A stretch of DNA of 64,000 bases, taken from the NCBI RefSeq assembly GCF_038025025.1, contig NW_027117340.1, positions 1,674,001 to 1,738,000 of the forward strand. The letters are read 5' to 3'. The stretch is from Phyllosticta citribraziliensis. Its lineage: Eukaryota. Positions 12,586-23,212 of this stretch are shown here, piece after piece. Position numbers and translations under genes: made by a program. The notes under the pieces were generated by a model. It was given only the letters and a program-made list of their open reading frames with translations. It was not told the origin of the DNA and did not search any database. Within the stretch, counting starts at the first letter, position 1, and each line of letters begins with the position of its first letter.

Positions 12586-13039
12586 GGCTTGCCCCCCATC
12601 TCCAGACGGAGAAGCCCGACTCGAACGGCTCTCTCGCTGCTCAGTGACCAAGGGCACTTCACCAGGAGCCATAGAAGCGCCGCTCCATTCATCTCAGCAG
12701 GGAGAGGGGATGGATGGGCTGAGCTCATGGGCCAGTCAGTCAGTCAGTCCAGACGCAACGCAACGCTGCGCTGAAACGGACAGGCAAACAGAGAAAGAGA
12801 GAAAGTAAAGCAAAGCAAAGAAACGAAAAGAAACACGAGCAAATGCGCAACAAGCTATACTGACTGACTGCGCGGCCTGCAGCATGATGCTGGAACTGCC
12901 GCCGGCACTTGCAATGGCGCTGCCACTGCGGATGGAACGCCGCGCCGCGCGAGCCGCCAGCCAGCCAGCACAACATTCATGGCATCAACTAACTTAGCAG
13001 GCGCCCAAACCAGTCGGCCGGGATAGAGGGGGCTGGCTG

Positions 13040-13040
<1 letters not shown>

Positions 13041-13076
<36 letters not shown>
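13041..13076. repeat. (TG)n microsatellite
   Basis: About 17-18 uninterrupted TG units. Confidence 0.95.
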
Positions 13077-13077
<1 letters not shown>

Positions 13078-15438
13078 TGTCGCAACGGTTTGTGCCGCCC
13101 TGACAGCGGTCCCATGGTGGTGATGGTGGTTGATGTGACGTAGGTAGATGGTGCCTTGCTTTCCTTTCTTTGCTTGGGTTGCGTCGGGCGAGGCTGCGTG
13201 CCTGCCTGCCTGCCTGTCTTTCTACTTACCATGCTTTCCGCGCGTGCCTTGGGCTTTCGAGCGGCAAGTAAGTAGCTTTGAGCAGCAAGTGACTGCTGTG
13301 GAAAGTGGAAAGTCTGGTCCCCCCCCCTTCTGCGCTTGGCCTGGCTTGGCTTAGTTGGCAAGTGTCTAGAGACATTAGTAAGAAAGAGAGAAGAAAGAGA
13401 GAGATGGCGGAATTAGGTGCATGTACCCAGGTATTTGGAGTATGTGAGGCTTTGAGCCAGATGCAGTCCAAGGAGCGGAAGGGATGGATGGGTGGATGGG
13501 TGGATGGGTGGATGGAGGTGGGTGGGAACGGCGGCGGACGACGACGAGAGGCGCGGGATGATGGGACGGATGGAAGGGGCGGACTAGCGGCGCAACGGCG
13601 GTCATCCTGGGAAACGCGCAGCGCAGCGTTGCCCGGGCGGATGGGTGAAGGTAGGCAGGCAGGCAGGCCGGCCGGCCGGCGGGACACATGTACGGAAAGG
13701 CTGGAATGGCGGGCGAGGGCGCAATTGATGCTTTCCATTGGTCCCGGATGGAAGGGTGCATGTATGTGGAGCAAAGGGAGGCCTGTGGTGGACGTGAGAA
13801 GGCGGTTGAAGAAGTGGAACGGCGCAAAGGATGGGCGAGGCGAACGCGACGAGAGAGAGAAGCAGACGTGAAGAGACGTAGAGAAGAGAGATGGCTTCAG
13901 CTGGTGATGCAGACAGATGCAAAGGTGCTTCCGTCACTGGCTCTCCCAGCAGCCCAGTGCCATGGCCCCGGGACCAGCATACGGACATGCTTCCGCCATT
14001 CAAGGTTCAAGTCGTTGACGTCGGCGGCCGGCTGGTCAGGAGGTGGGAAAGCCAGAAAAAAAAGGTTGAGAGCTTCTTTCTGCGGTCGGCCATGCAGCGC
14101 GCTCGCTCCCAGCCCGTCGCGTGCAAAGCATAAGATGCATCCGTCTGGTGTGGTTGACAAACAGCCAGCGGCCTGGCCTGGCCCGAGCCACATCAGGCTT
14201 GACGACGTCATGTCATGTCGACGTGCCGCCCCAGGGCAGCTGCTCCCCCATTCTTCCCCATTCTCCCGGCAGACCACCAGAGGAGAAGAAATTCACCTCA
14301 ATGGGTCCGGACCAAACACACGTCTCGTGCACCTCTCCGTCGTGTCTGCCAGGCTGGACGGTTCGTCGGTCTTTTGTGCGTCGACGGCTCGCTTGCAGCG
14401 GCAAAAAGACTGCTCTGCCACTCATTCCGTCCTGCTTGCTCTGCTCGCTCTCGTCGCCAGATGTGTCTTCGACTCAGTTCCCTCATGCACTTTGTCATTG
14501 TACATGCAACGGCCCAGGGCCAGGAGGGCCCGCCAAAGCAGACCCCACGCTAACCCAGCACTACTACTGCCTGTCAAGGTCCCCATGTGTCGGCTAGATC
14601 CTGTAGGGGGGCCTTTGTCCCGTACCGCCTTTGCGTCATTGGTCAAAATAGTCGAGTGCGGAGCGCGATTGGCTGGGAACAACCTTTCCTTTTTTCTTTT
14701 CTTTTTTTTTTTCTCTCTCTCTCTTCTCCCTGCGAATTCACCGATGTCCGTCCTGTCGGTGTAAGTGGAGCCAAAGGGCAGCGAACACTGACTCCTGAAC
14801 CCACTGTCAGCAATCGCAGGGGGGCAGCACAAGTCGGCGGCCTTGAATCCCGTGTGGTTGTCGAGACGACGCATGTCAGTGGTGGAGATCTGTCAATTCA
14901 AACTTCAAACATCTGATGTGGGGAGCAAGTGGAGGGTTGATCCAGTGACGACCAAAGTTCGCGCTCAGCCGAATCATGGCCCGCCACACCCATCCCAGCC
15001 GTCTGGAACTGAGACGCCAACACGTCGCATCTAGAAGCTGCTGAATCTGCCGCTCCCCTGAGAAGAAAAGAGAGGGATTGCGCACCTCAGACACAGGCGG
15101 TGTGCGCCGCATTCGCTGAGGCTGAGTAGCGTCATCGACCACTCCCGGCATTTGGGGACACGACAAGACTTTTGATGCGTCGTACGACCGTGGGCACCCA
15201 CGTCGAGCAAAACATGACCACACAAGAACCGTCTCTTGCGGCTCGCGGTTCGTCCCGCTGGGTCAACTGTCCGCCACATGTGTCGTGATCCGTGCAACAA
15301 GATTCACCGCAACCACAAGGCCAGCCCATCAGCCGTCGTCAGCACTATGCCCACAGTGTCTTCAAGTGGCTCCACTCTAGAACAACAAGCTTTTTCGACA
15401 ACGTAGCGTGGCAATAGATATCAACGCATCCTCCCGAG

Positions 15439-15469
<31 letters not shown>

Positions 15470-16291
15470 GAAGCGGATTTATGCGGCGACAAGGCGCCAG
15501 CGGCAGTCACCAAACAGCGGGATGGAGCATGCAGACACGTCAGAGCCATTGAAGAGATGGCAGAGGGAGTACGGTAGGGCCGAGCGTGGGCAGATGGTGT
15601 GCCAAAGCGGTGAGCGGCCCTTGCACAAGCCCTCTGTTTGTTGTCGGCTAAAACATGAACGACAGCCAATGAGGCAGTCGCCCAGCTCCCCGAGCTCTTA
15701 GCGGAACCAAGACGACGGCCTGAGAGGGTCGATTGTGCAGGATCTTGTCCCACTCCGGGGAGCCCTGTGGAGTGGTTCGTCGTGAGGCGCCGAAAAGCTA
15801 GCCAAGTCAACGTCTTCAGGGAAGAGGTGAGCCAGCGGGTCGGGACTGGTCAAGAGGGACAGGAGTGGGGCACGCGCTGAGATGGAGTGAGGAACGGCTG
15901 CGCCGCAACAGACGAATGCAAGATGAGGCACGTCGGCCGCCGCGTGGGCGACCAGGTGATGATCATACCGGGGACTGGGACGGTCGCGCGCTGTGGATTC
16001 CCCGGTGGCCGTCGTCGCACTGACGGCGAGTGGTCATGTTCCAGGTGCGGAAAGTTGAAGCGTACGGCGGCTGTTGGTTGCGGCGGCAGGTCAGCCGTCG
16101 GGTTGATTGGACGACAACACGAGCTGCGGCCGACGTCTTGACAGGGCGCAGAGTTGGAAAAAGCACCGTGTGCGGACATGACGGGTTCCGGAGCTAGGGG
16201 GCAAAATAGGGAACACGTCGACGACTGAATCGTGACACGGGGACACATGCTTCTCCCGGGTTCTGTGGTTCAATCGGGATCGGCAAGGCGA

Positions 16292-16331
16292 CGGAGGCGG
16301 AGGAGGAGGAGGAGGAGGAGGAGGAGGAGGA
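16292..16331. repeat. (GAG)n microsatellite
   Basis: About 10 GAG units, non-coding. Confidence 0.9.
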
Positions 16332-16762
16332 CGGGATGTAGCAGTGGCGTGTGGTGGATGTGGAGGCCGGCGACAGGGGTCCAGATCGGCTGTTCCCGCG
16401 CGGTCGAAAAGAGTCGCGTTTCCTGGTCGGCGGGAGACGGATCAGACAAATAGGGGAGTCGGAGGGGGCTCCGCGTCGAGAGGGAGCGCGTGTGTCGGAA
16501 CGTGGAAGCACGCAGAGGGCCAGTGCCTTGCAGTTACGGGGAGAGGTTGGCTGCAAGGTCCCCAAGGTGTTGTCGACGGCAAGTCTTCCCAAGAGGGCGT
16601 TGTTTGTTCCACCGTTTCAGGAGGGAGCGGAGTCGGAAGCGAGGTTGAGACGAGACGCATGAATTTACGGCTACGTGATGCAGGCGAGCCGCGTTGCGTT
16701 GCTCGCAGCCACGGGCAGGGAGTGAGGGTTGGATGCGATGCTTTTTGAACGCGTATGTGTGT

Positions 16763-16796
<34 letters not shown>

Positions 16797-18417
16797 GTTG
16801 GGTTGGTTGGTGTGGTGTTCGATCGGGCCAAGGCGAGTTGAGCGACGGCATTGCAGGCAGCGTGAGGAAGAGAGAGAAGGTGGAGCTGACGGCATCCCGA
16901 TTCCCGATGCCAACCCAACGTAACGGCTGCACGGCCATGGTCATCTCCGCGGTGCAGAGAGTCAGTCAATGTCAGGGCACGTCCGTCTGTCAAAAGTCGT
17001 CAGCGTTTCATAATCTTCAGGTCGGAAGAGGGCAGGGCAGGGCAGGGCCGGGCAGGGCAGGGAAGCTGGGCGGCGGACAGGGCGTGCCGCACCGCACCGC
17101 ACCGCGCGCTTCGAACCGGCGTGGTGGACAAGTAGCGGTGGTGCTTATTGACCTGCCTGGCCAAGTGGCGGTCGAGGCATCGGATTCACGGCCAGTGTCG
17201 GTCGACCAGATGGTTGTACCATGGCACCGGGCTACTGTGGAAAAAAGTAAGCTTACGCAGAGGGTCGCGATGCGATGCGATGCGATGCGAGGCAAAGCGA
17301 TGCGATACGATGCGGGACGGCTCGATGGTCTTTGGAGGGACTGGCGTGAAGAGCGAGAGCACTGGAAGGGAACTAAAGGGAGGGCTGGTGTGACTGTTCT
17401 ACATGATGCACGCCACGCCACGCCAGCTGTTGGTAGACCCGGGTAATAGTTTGTTTGGGACGGTGGCAAGGCAAGGCAAAGCAAGGCAAGGCAAGGCATG
17501 CAGTGTAGTGGTGAGCGGGGAAGCAAAGGGAAGGGAAGAGGCACAGGTAGAGCCAGAGCGAGAGCGACATGTATCCAAGACGGCGGTCGCGTGTTTTCCT
17601 AATTTACCCATGGCTTCGCCCCCCCCTGCTGCCCGCGACCCGACAGACTGGTCTTGGGACTGGGACGGATCCCACTGACTGCAGTGCCCTGGCTGCTTGC
17701 TTTTTCGTGCCCTCCCTCCCTTCTCCTTCTCTCCTCCCCTCTGCGCTGCATTGCATCGACTCCGCTAGCAGCATCCAGAGCTACTGTGTGTGTGCCCCCC
17801 CCCAAGCCAGGCCTCCACAACCCATGCCCCCCCCATCCCATCCCATCCCATCCCATGCCATGCCATGCCATGCACGCGCTCGCTCCGCTCAGGACCGTCC
17901 GTCCTCTCCTGCAGCGCCAAACAACAGAACAAATCATCCCTGCTGCCTACCTTACCTACATTACATGCCCTCGTCCTCTGTATAATACCACCTGTCCACG
18001 CCATTGCTCCTACTCACGGCCTTTCTCCTTCCTCTTCTCCTGCTTCGTCTCCTTCTGCCTCTCGTTCTCCACGACTCACCCATCTCCCGCTCCACCCGCT
18101 GTGCCTTTGCCGCGTGCTCGCCTCGCCTCGCCTCGCCTCGCCTCGTCTCGCTCCCTCCCGCCAGACCTACCCGCCCAGGGTGCTGCTGATCCTCGTCGGA
18201 TGCACAAGCAAACAGCTGCCCACCCACCCCAGCCCAGCAGCTCGACCAGCCCGACCAGCAACTGACCGGCCAGTCCGAGCCCCCGGAGCCACGGCGAGTC
18301 GTTTATGACCTGCCCATACCGCCCTGTCCACCACCCTTCTCTCTTGCTTCCGTCCCCGTCGTCGTCCTTGTCGCCGCCTCCGCTCTCGCATCCTTCCCCC
18401 CTCCACCGCTGGCCTCA

Positions 18418-20010
18418 ATGGTTACGATGGCGTCGAACGGGTAAGTCCTTTCGCTTTGCCTCGCCTCGCCTCCCACGTTGGCGTTGTTGTCGTTGTCGTT
18501 GTTGTTGTTGTTGACCTTCTTCTTCTTCTTCTTCTTCTGGCTCCCAACCTGACTGCCTACCTACCTTCCCACCTAACCTCACCTGGCCCGCCCGCCGCTG
18601 CGCCTGCGCTGTCCTCCTCTCCCCTGCACCCTTCTCGTCCAGCCCGCCAACCACAGCCCCGCTGATTCCACCTCCGCTGACCTGCTCAGGATGGCTGTAG
18701 TGGTTCCCCAAAACTACACAGAACATGGCAGACTCTACCATGGCTACAGACGAGGCATCTACATGTATCCTTGCGACGAGGTGCGTCTTGGTCCCCATCT
18801 TGTTGCTGCTGTTGCCGCTGCCGACCTCTCCTCTGACTTCGCCTGCCCGCTACAGCAAGAAAAGGACCGCATGGACATTTACCACAAGCTGTTCCTCGTG
18901 GCCCGCCGAGAAAATCTACACCAAGCCCCCGTCAATCCCAACTGGCAGCCCCGCATTCTCGATCTCGGTTGCGGAACTGGAATCTGGGCGATTGACATGG
19001 CCGAGTGAGTTGTCCCCTGCCTTTCAATGCCCCACGCTCGCCTCGACGCACACGCTGACTTGGCCCCCAAACTTTGCAGCAAATATCTAGATGCAGAGGT
19101 ATGCACCGCAAAATAAAAACATGGCCCTTCGGAGCCCATGGTCGCTAACTCCGCTGCGAAAAAAAAAAAAAGGTTGTCGGTCTGGACCTAGTCAACATTC
19201 AACCCGACAAGTTGTGCACCCCCTCCGCCCCGCGCTGCCGACTCGTTGCTAACCGCCCGTTGCAGAATCCCCCCAAACCTGCGATTTCGCGTGCCACGCG
19301 ATTACGAGAGTCCCTGGTCGCTCGGCGAAGATTCCTGGGATCTGATCCACTTGCGAATGGCTTGCGGCAGCGTCTCTAGCTGGCCCGAGCTCTATCAAAA
19401 GATATTCGCGTGAGTAGCATCTGCTGCCTTCCTTCTGTCTCCCCTCCACTCCAATTCCCCCCTTCGGATGCGCCGTCAGCTAAAGGTCATCGGCAGCCAC
19501 CTCAAGCCTGGCTACGGCTGGATCGAACAGGTCGAGATCGATCTGGAACCTCGTTGCGACGACGGCACTCTGCAAGCCAACTCACCGCTGCTCCAATGGT
19601 ACAATTACGTCGCCGACGCCACCGAACGGACTTCCCGGCCGATCGCATACAACCACAATACGCGGCACATGCTTCAACAGGCAGGGTTCATTGACATTCA
19701 GGAGACGATCATCCGGGCACCGTACAACTCCTGGCCGGCGGATCCGCACCAAAAAGAGATTGGGAGGTGGTACAACCTGGGCATTTGCGAAGGACTGGAA
19801 GCCCTCAGTCTGGCCCCCTTGACGCGCATCTATCGCTGGGACGCCGTGTCACACGTCAAGCCCCTCGTCGAGGCCGCAATCAGGACAATACGGACCAAGA
19901 AGATTCATGCGTACAACAACATGTGGGTTGCCCCTGCAGCCCCGATGCTATTAATTGCGCTAACGTGGACCGACAGACATATTTGGACTGCACGGAGGCC
20001 TGGACACTGA
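18418..20010 (+). CDS. laeA: LaeA, SAM-dependent methyltransferase and global regulator of secondary metabolism
   Basis: ATG 18418 or in-frame 18427. Seven introns: 18441-18689, 18781-18855, 19005-19079, 19099-19172, 19211-19265, 19410-19496, 19923-19976. Spliced product: [92 protein letters not shown], which is the true-LaeA pattern. Confidence 0.9.
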
Positions 20011-21495
20011 TCGAGCGCCCCCACCCTCTCACGACCTCATGACGACCTCATAGTAATATCTAATGCACGTTGCATTACTTCGCGGGTGCGCTTTCGGCTT
20101 TGGAATGTTTCCAGTACTACCTCTGTTGGCGCCGCGGCGCGGCCATGGCCGTCGTGGTGGTTGCAAGCCCCCGTTTTGGCTGAATCGATTTTCTCCCATC
20201 CTTTTTTTTTTTTTTTTTTTCCTTCCTCCCTCGTCCTCCTCTCGTCTTGAATTCATGGCTGGGCAAGCGCGGAGGAATGCGAGAGGAGTCGAGTCCGGCC
20301 CTTGCCTTGCGTGGACCCGGGGGACACACCAATGGCGAGCACGGCACACAAAGCAGCAGCATGCGGCATGTTTCGGCGGGCTCGCATTTGGTCGGCTTGG
20401 CTCCATCATTCGTGCGCCGGTTGGCAGCCCAATTCCACGGCGTCCATGCCCATGTCTCCTTTAGCGCTCACGCTTCGCCTGGCTGGCATGGGCATGGTAG
20501 TCAAGCGACCCTCCCCCGCGGTAGCCGGCCCGAAGGGTGCGCGCGCGCCCCGCCTCCCCCCTCTCAAACTTTGGCTCCAGCCATTTTCCCTACCAGGAAA
20601 TGGAATACAAGATTACCACCAAAACAGTTTCGACGATTATTCGGACCCAAGAGAAAAAAAAAAAAGGAGGAGGTACGGCACAAACTGTCTGGCGTTTCAG
20701 GAGCACGACATGGTCGGTGGTGGTAAATTTTTTCTCTCGGTGCTTTGGTGTACAAGCAATATTGGTTGGATCTGGTGTGTGTGGTGAGTGGGTGTGTGTT
20801 GCTGTCAGCATGCGGAAAATGCCTTGATCGATACCGCGCAGCTCGTCGATTCTGTCGTCATCCATTTCTAGAGTGTCGGCGCCTTTTTTCTTTTCTTTTC
20901 TTTTTTTTTCCTGCTCTCTTTTTTCGTCTCCTCTGATTCCTAGTCTTCGTTCATGTTTCCCGAGTTTGAGCATCGCCGCGTGGATTTTCTGCCTACCTCC
21001 TGTTATGCGCCGGTTTCATTTGGTCTTTTCCTACACGCATGGCGGTCAGCGACAGGGGTTACGAGCGAAGAAAAGAAGGACGTCCGTGGTTGCAGCCAAG
21101 TGTTTCTTCTCCAGTCAGCAGCTGCCTTTGTCGGACAAGTACGGGCGGGTTGGTCGCATGCAGCAAAAAGTACGATAGCCAGGCCGGAGAGGGCGGTGTC
21201 TAGGCGCAAATGGCGGACCGTCAAAACATGGAACGATTGTTGACCTTTTTTCCCCTCTCTTGATGTTTTTTTTTTTTTTTTTTGGGGCGTGTATAGGCAT
21301 ACGTTGACACATCCATGGTGTTGGCGGCGGCAGCCCACGGGGAACAGTGCGTCCCCAGGTTTTGGGAGCCGGGTCTCCCTTTTGGCTGAGCCGAGGTTAG
21401 ACGACCCCAGCCGACCCCAGGCCGGGTCCGCGACTCAAAGCTCCATCCCTCCACACTCCCTCTCCAACACCCGCGACCCTCTCTACACTGACACA

Positions 21496-23212
21496 ATGCC
21501 TCCCTTTGCTCGCGTCCTCAGGCCTGCCGCCTCGTCTGCACTTCGTGCTGCTCGCCCAGCTGCCCGACGCGTCGCTGGCGTGCGTCTTTCCCCGCAGTAA
21601 GCTTCCCCAGCATCTGTGCTTTTCATCCGCATGTGATTGCAGTCTTTCGATTCTGCGCATGACCCCCGGGCAAATGCCTTGAGAGCCCGTCATCGCGACG
21701 CGTCCAGATACTTGGCCATCTTGATACCCTGTCCCACATCTCACGCCACCGCTGCAGGCTGGAAGTCGAATAGAGTCGGCTGCGGTCGTGTTTCCACGCG
21801 CCTGCTAACGTCATTGATTCTGAAGCAACAATGCCACCACTCGCTGCCTCTCCGCCAGCGCCCGCAAGAGCGATGTCACCACTGGAGAAGCCCTAGACAT
21901 AACAGACATTCCGCCAACGCCTATAACGCACCTGTCTTCGACCGAGGCCCTCATGGGAGAGACGGTGGCCAAGTTTGCGTCCGAGGTGGTGCTGCCGCGG
22001 GTGCGCGAAATGGACGAGGCCGAGAAGATGGATCCAGAAATAGTCGAGGCATGCTTCGAGCAGGGCTTGATGGGTATCGAGATTCCTGAAGAGTATGGCG
22101 GCGCTGGAATGAATTTCACAGCGGGCATCGTCGCCATCGAGGAGCTGGCGCGTGTCGATCCCAGCGTGTCCGTCATGGTTGACGTGCACAACACGCTCGT
22201 CAACACGGCCATACTCAAGTATGGAAGCGTCGAGAGTCAGAAGAAGTGGCTGCCCCAGTTGGCGACGGGGACCGTTGGTACGTCGTCCGTGACCTTTCTT
22301 GCGAGACCGCCAGACACTGACAAGTCCACCAGGGTCCTTTTGTCTCTCGGAGCCCGCATCCGGCTCCGACGCCTTTGCCCTGCAAACCAAAGCAGCCAAG
22401 ACGTCCAACGGCTACCGCATCAACGGGTCCAAGATGTGGATCACCAACAGCATGGAAGCGGGCTTCTTCATCGTCTTCGCCAATCTCGATCCGTCCAAGG
22501 GGTACAAGGGCATCAGCGCCTTCATCGTCGAAAAGGGCACGCCGGGCTTCAGCATCGCCAAAAAGGAGAAGAAGCTCGGCATCCGCGCCAGCAGCACCTG
22601 CGTCGTCAACTTTGACGACGTCGAGGTGCCTGCCGACCATTTGCTCGGCAAGGAGGGCGACGGCTACAAGTACGCCATTGGCTTGCTGAACGAGGGTAGG
22701 ATCGGCATTGCGGCGCAGATGACGGGATTGGCGCTGGGTGCGTGGGAGAACGCCGCGAGGTGAGTACCTCTCTCTTTTCGCCCGCTAAAACGTTCTGCCC
22801 CCCGCAAAACCCCCACCTGCTAACAGGGCCTCTCGCTCGACACAGCTACGTGTGGAACGACCGCAAGCAGTTTGGCCAGCTCATTGGAACGTTCCAAGGC
22901 ATGCAGCACCAGCTGGCGCAGGCATACACGGAGATCCAAGCCGCGCGCGCCCTGGTGTACAACGCGTCGCGCAAAAAGGAGGCCGGCGAGGACTTTGTGC
23001 GCGACGCGGCCATGGCCAAGCTGTACGCGTCGCAGGTCGCGGGCCGCGTGAGCGGCCAGGCCGTCGAGTGGATGGGCGGCATGGGCTTCGTTCGCGAGGG
23101 CCTCGCAGAAAAGTACTTTAGGGACTCCAAGATTGGCGCCATTTACGAGGGCACGAGCAACATCCAACTGACGACCATTGCGAAGATGCTGCAGAGGGAC
23201 TACACCAAGTAG
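21496..23212 (+). CDS. Mitochondrial short/branched-chain acyl-CoA dehydrogenase (ACADSB/ScdA-like)
   Basis: Arg/Ala-rich targeting peptide; introns 21597-21825, 22278-22332, 22760-22845. Motifs GSFCLSEPASGSDA, NGSKMWITN, KKLGIRASSTC, LNEGRIGIAAQ, RDSKIGAIYEGTSNIQ. Confidence 0.92.

Noticed and set aside
13688..14764. 358-aa ORF in the laeA upstream gap
   Set aside because: No recognisable domain, Arg/Ser/Ala-rich composition typical of GC-rich non-coding DNA, and it runs through homopolymer tracts.
15439..15470. Poly-T directly abutting poly-A, forming an apparent palindrome
   Set aside because: Homopolymer juxtaposition in an SSR-rich region; no flanking TIR or TSD evidence.
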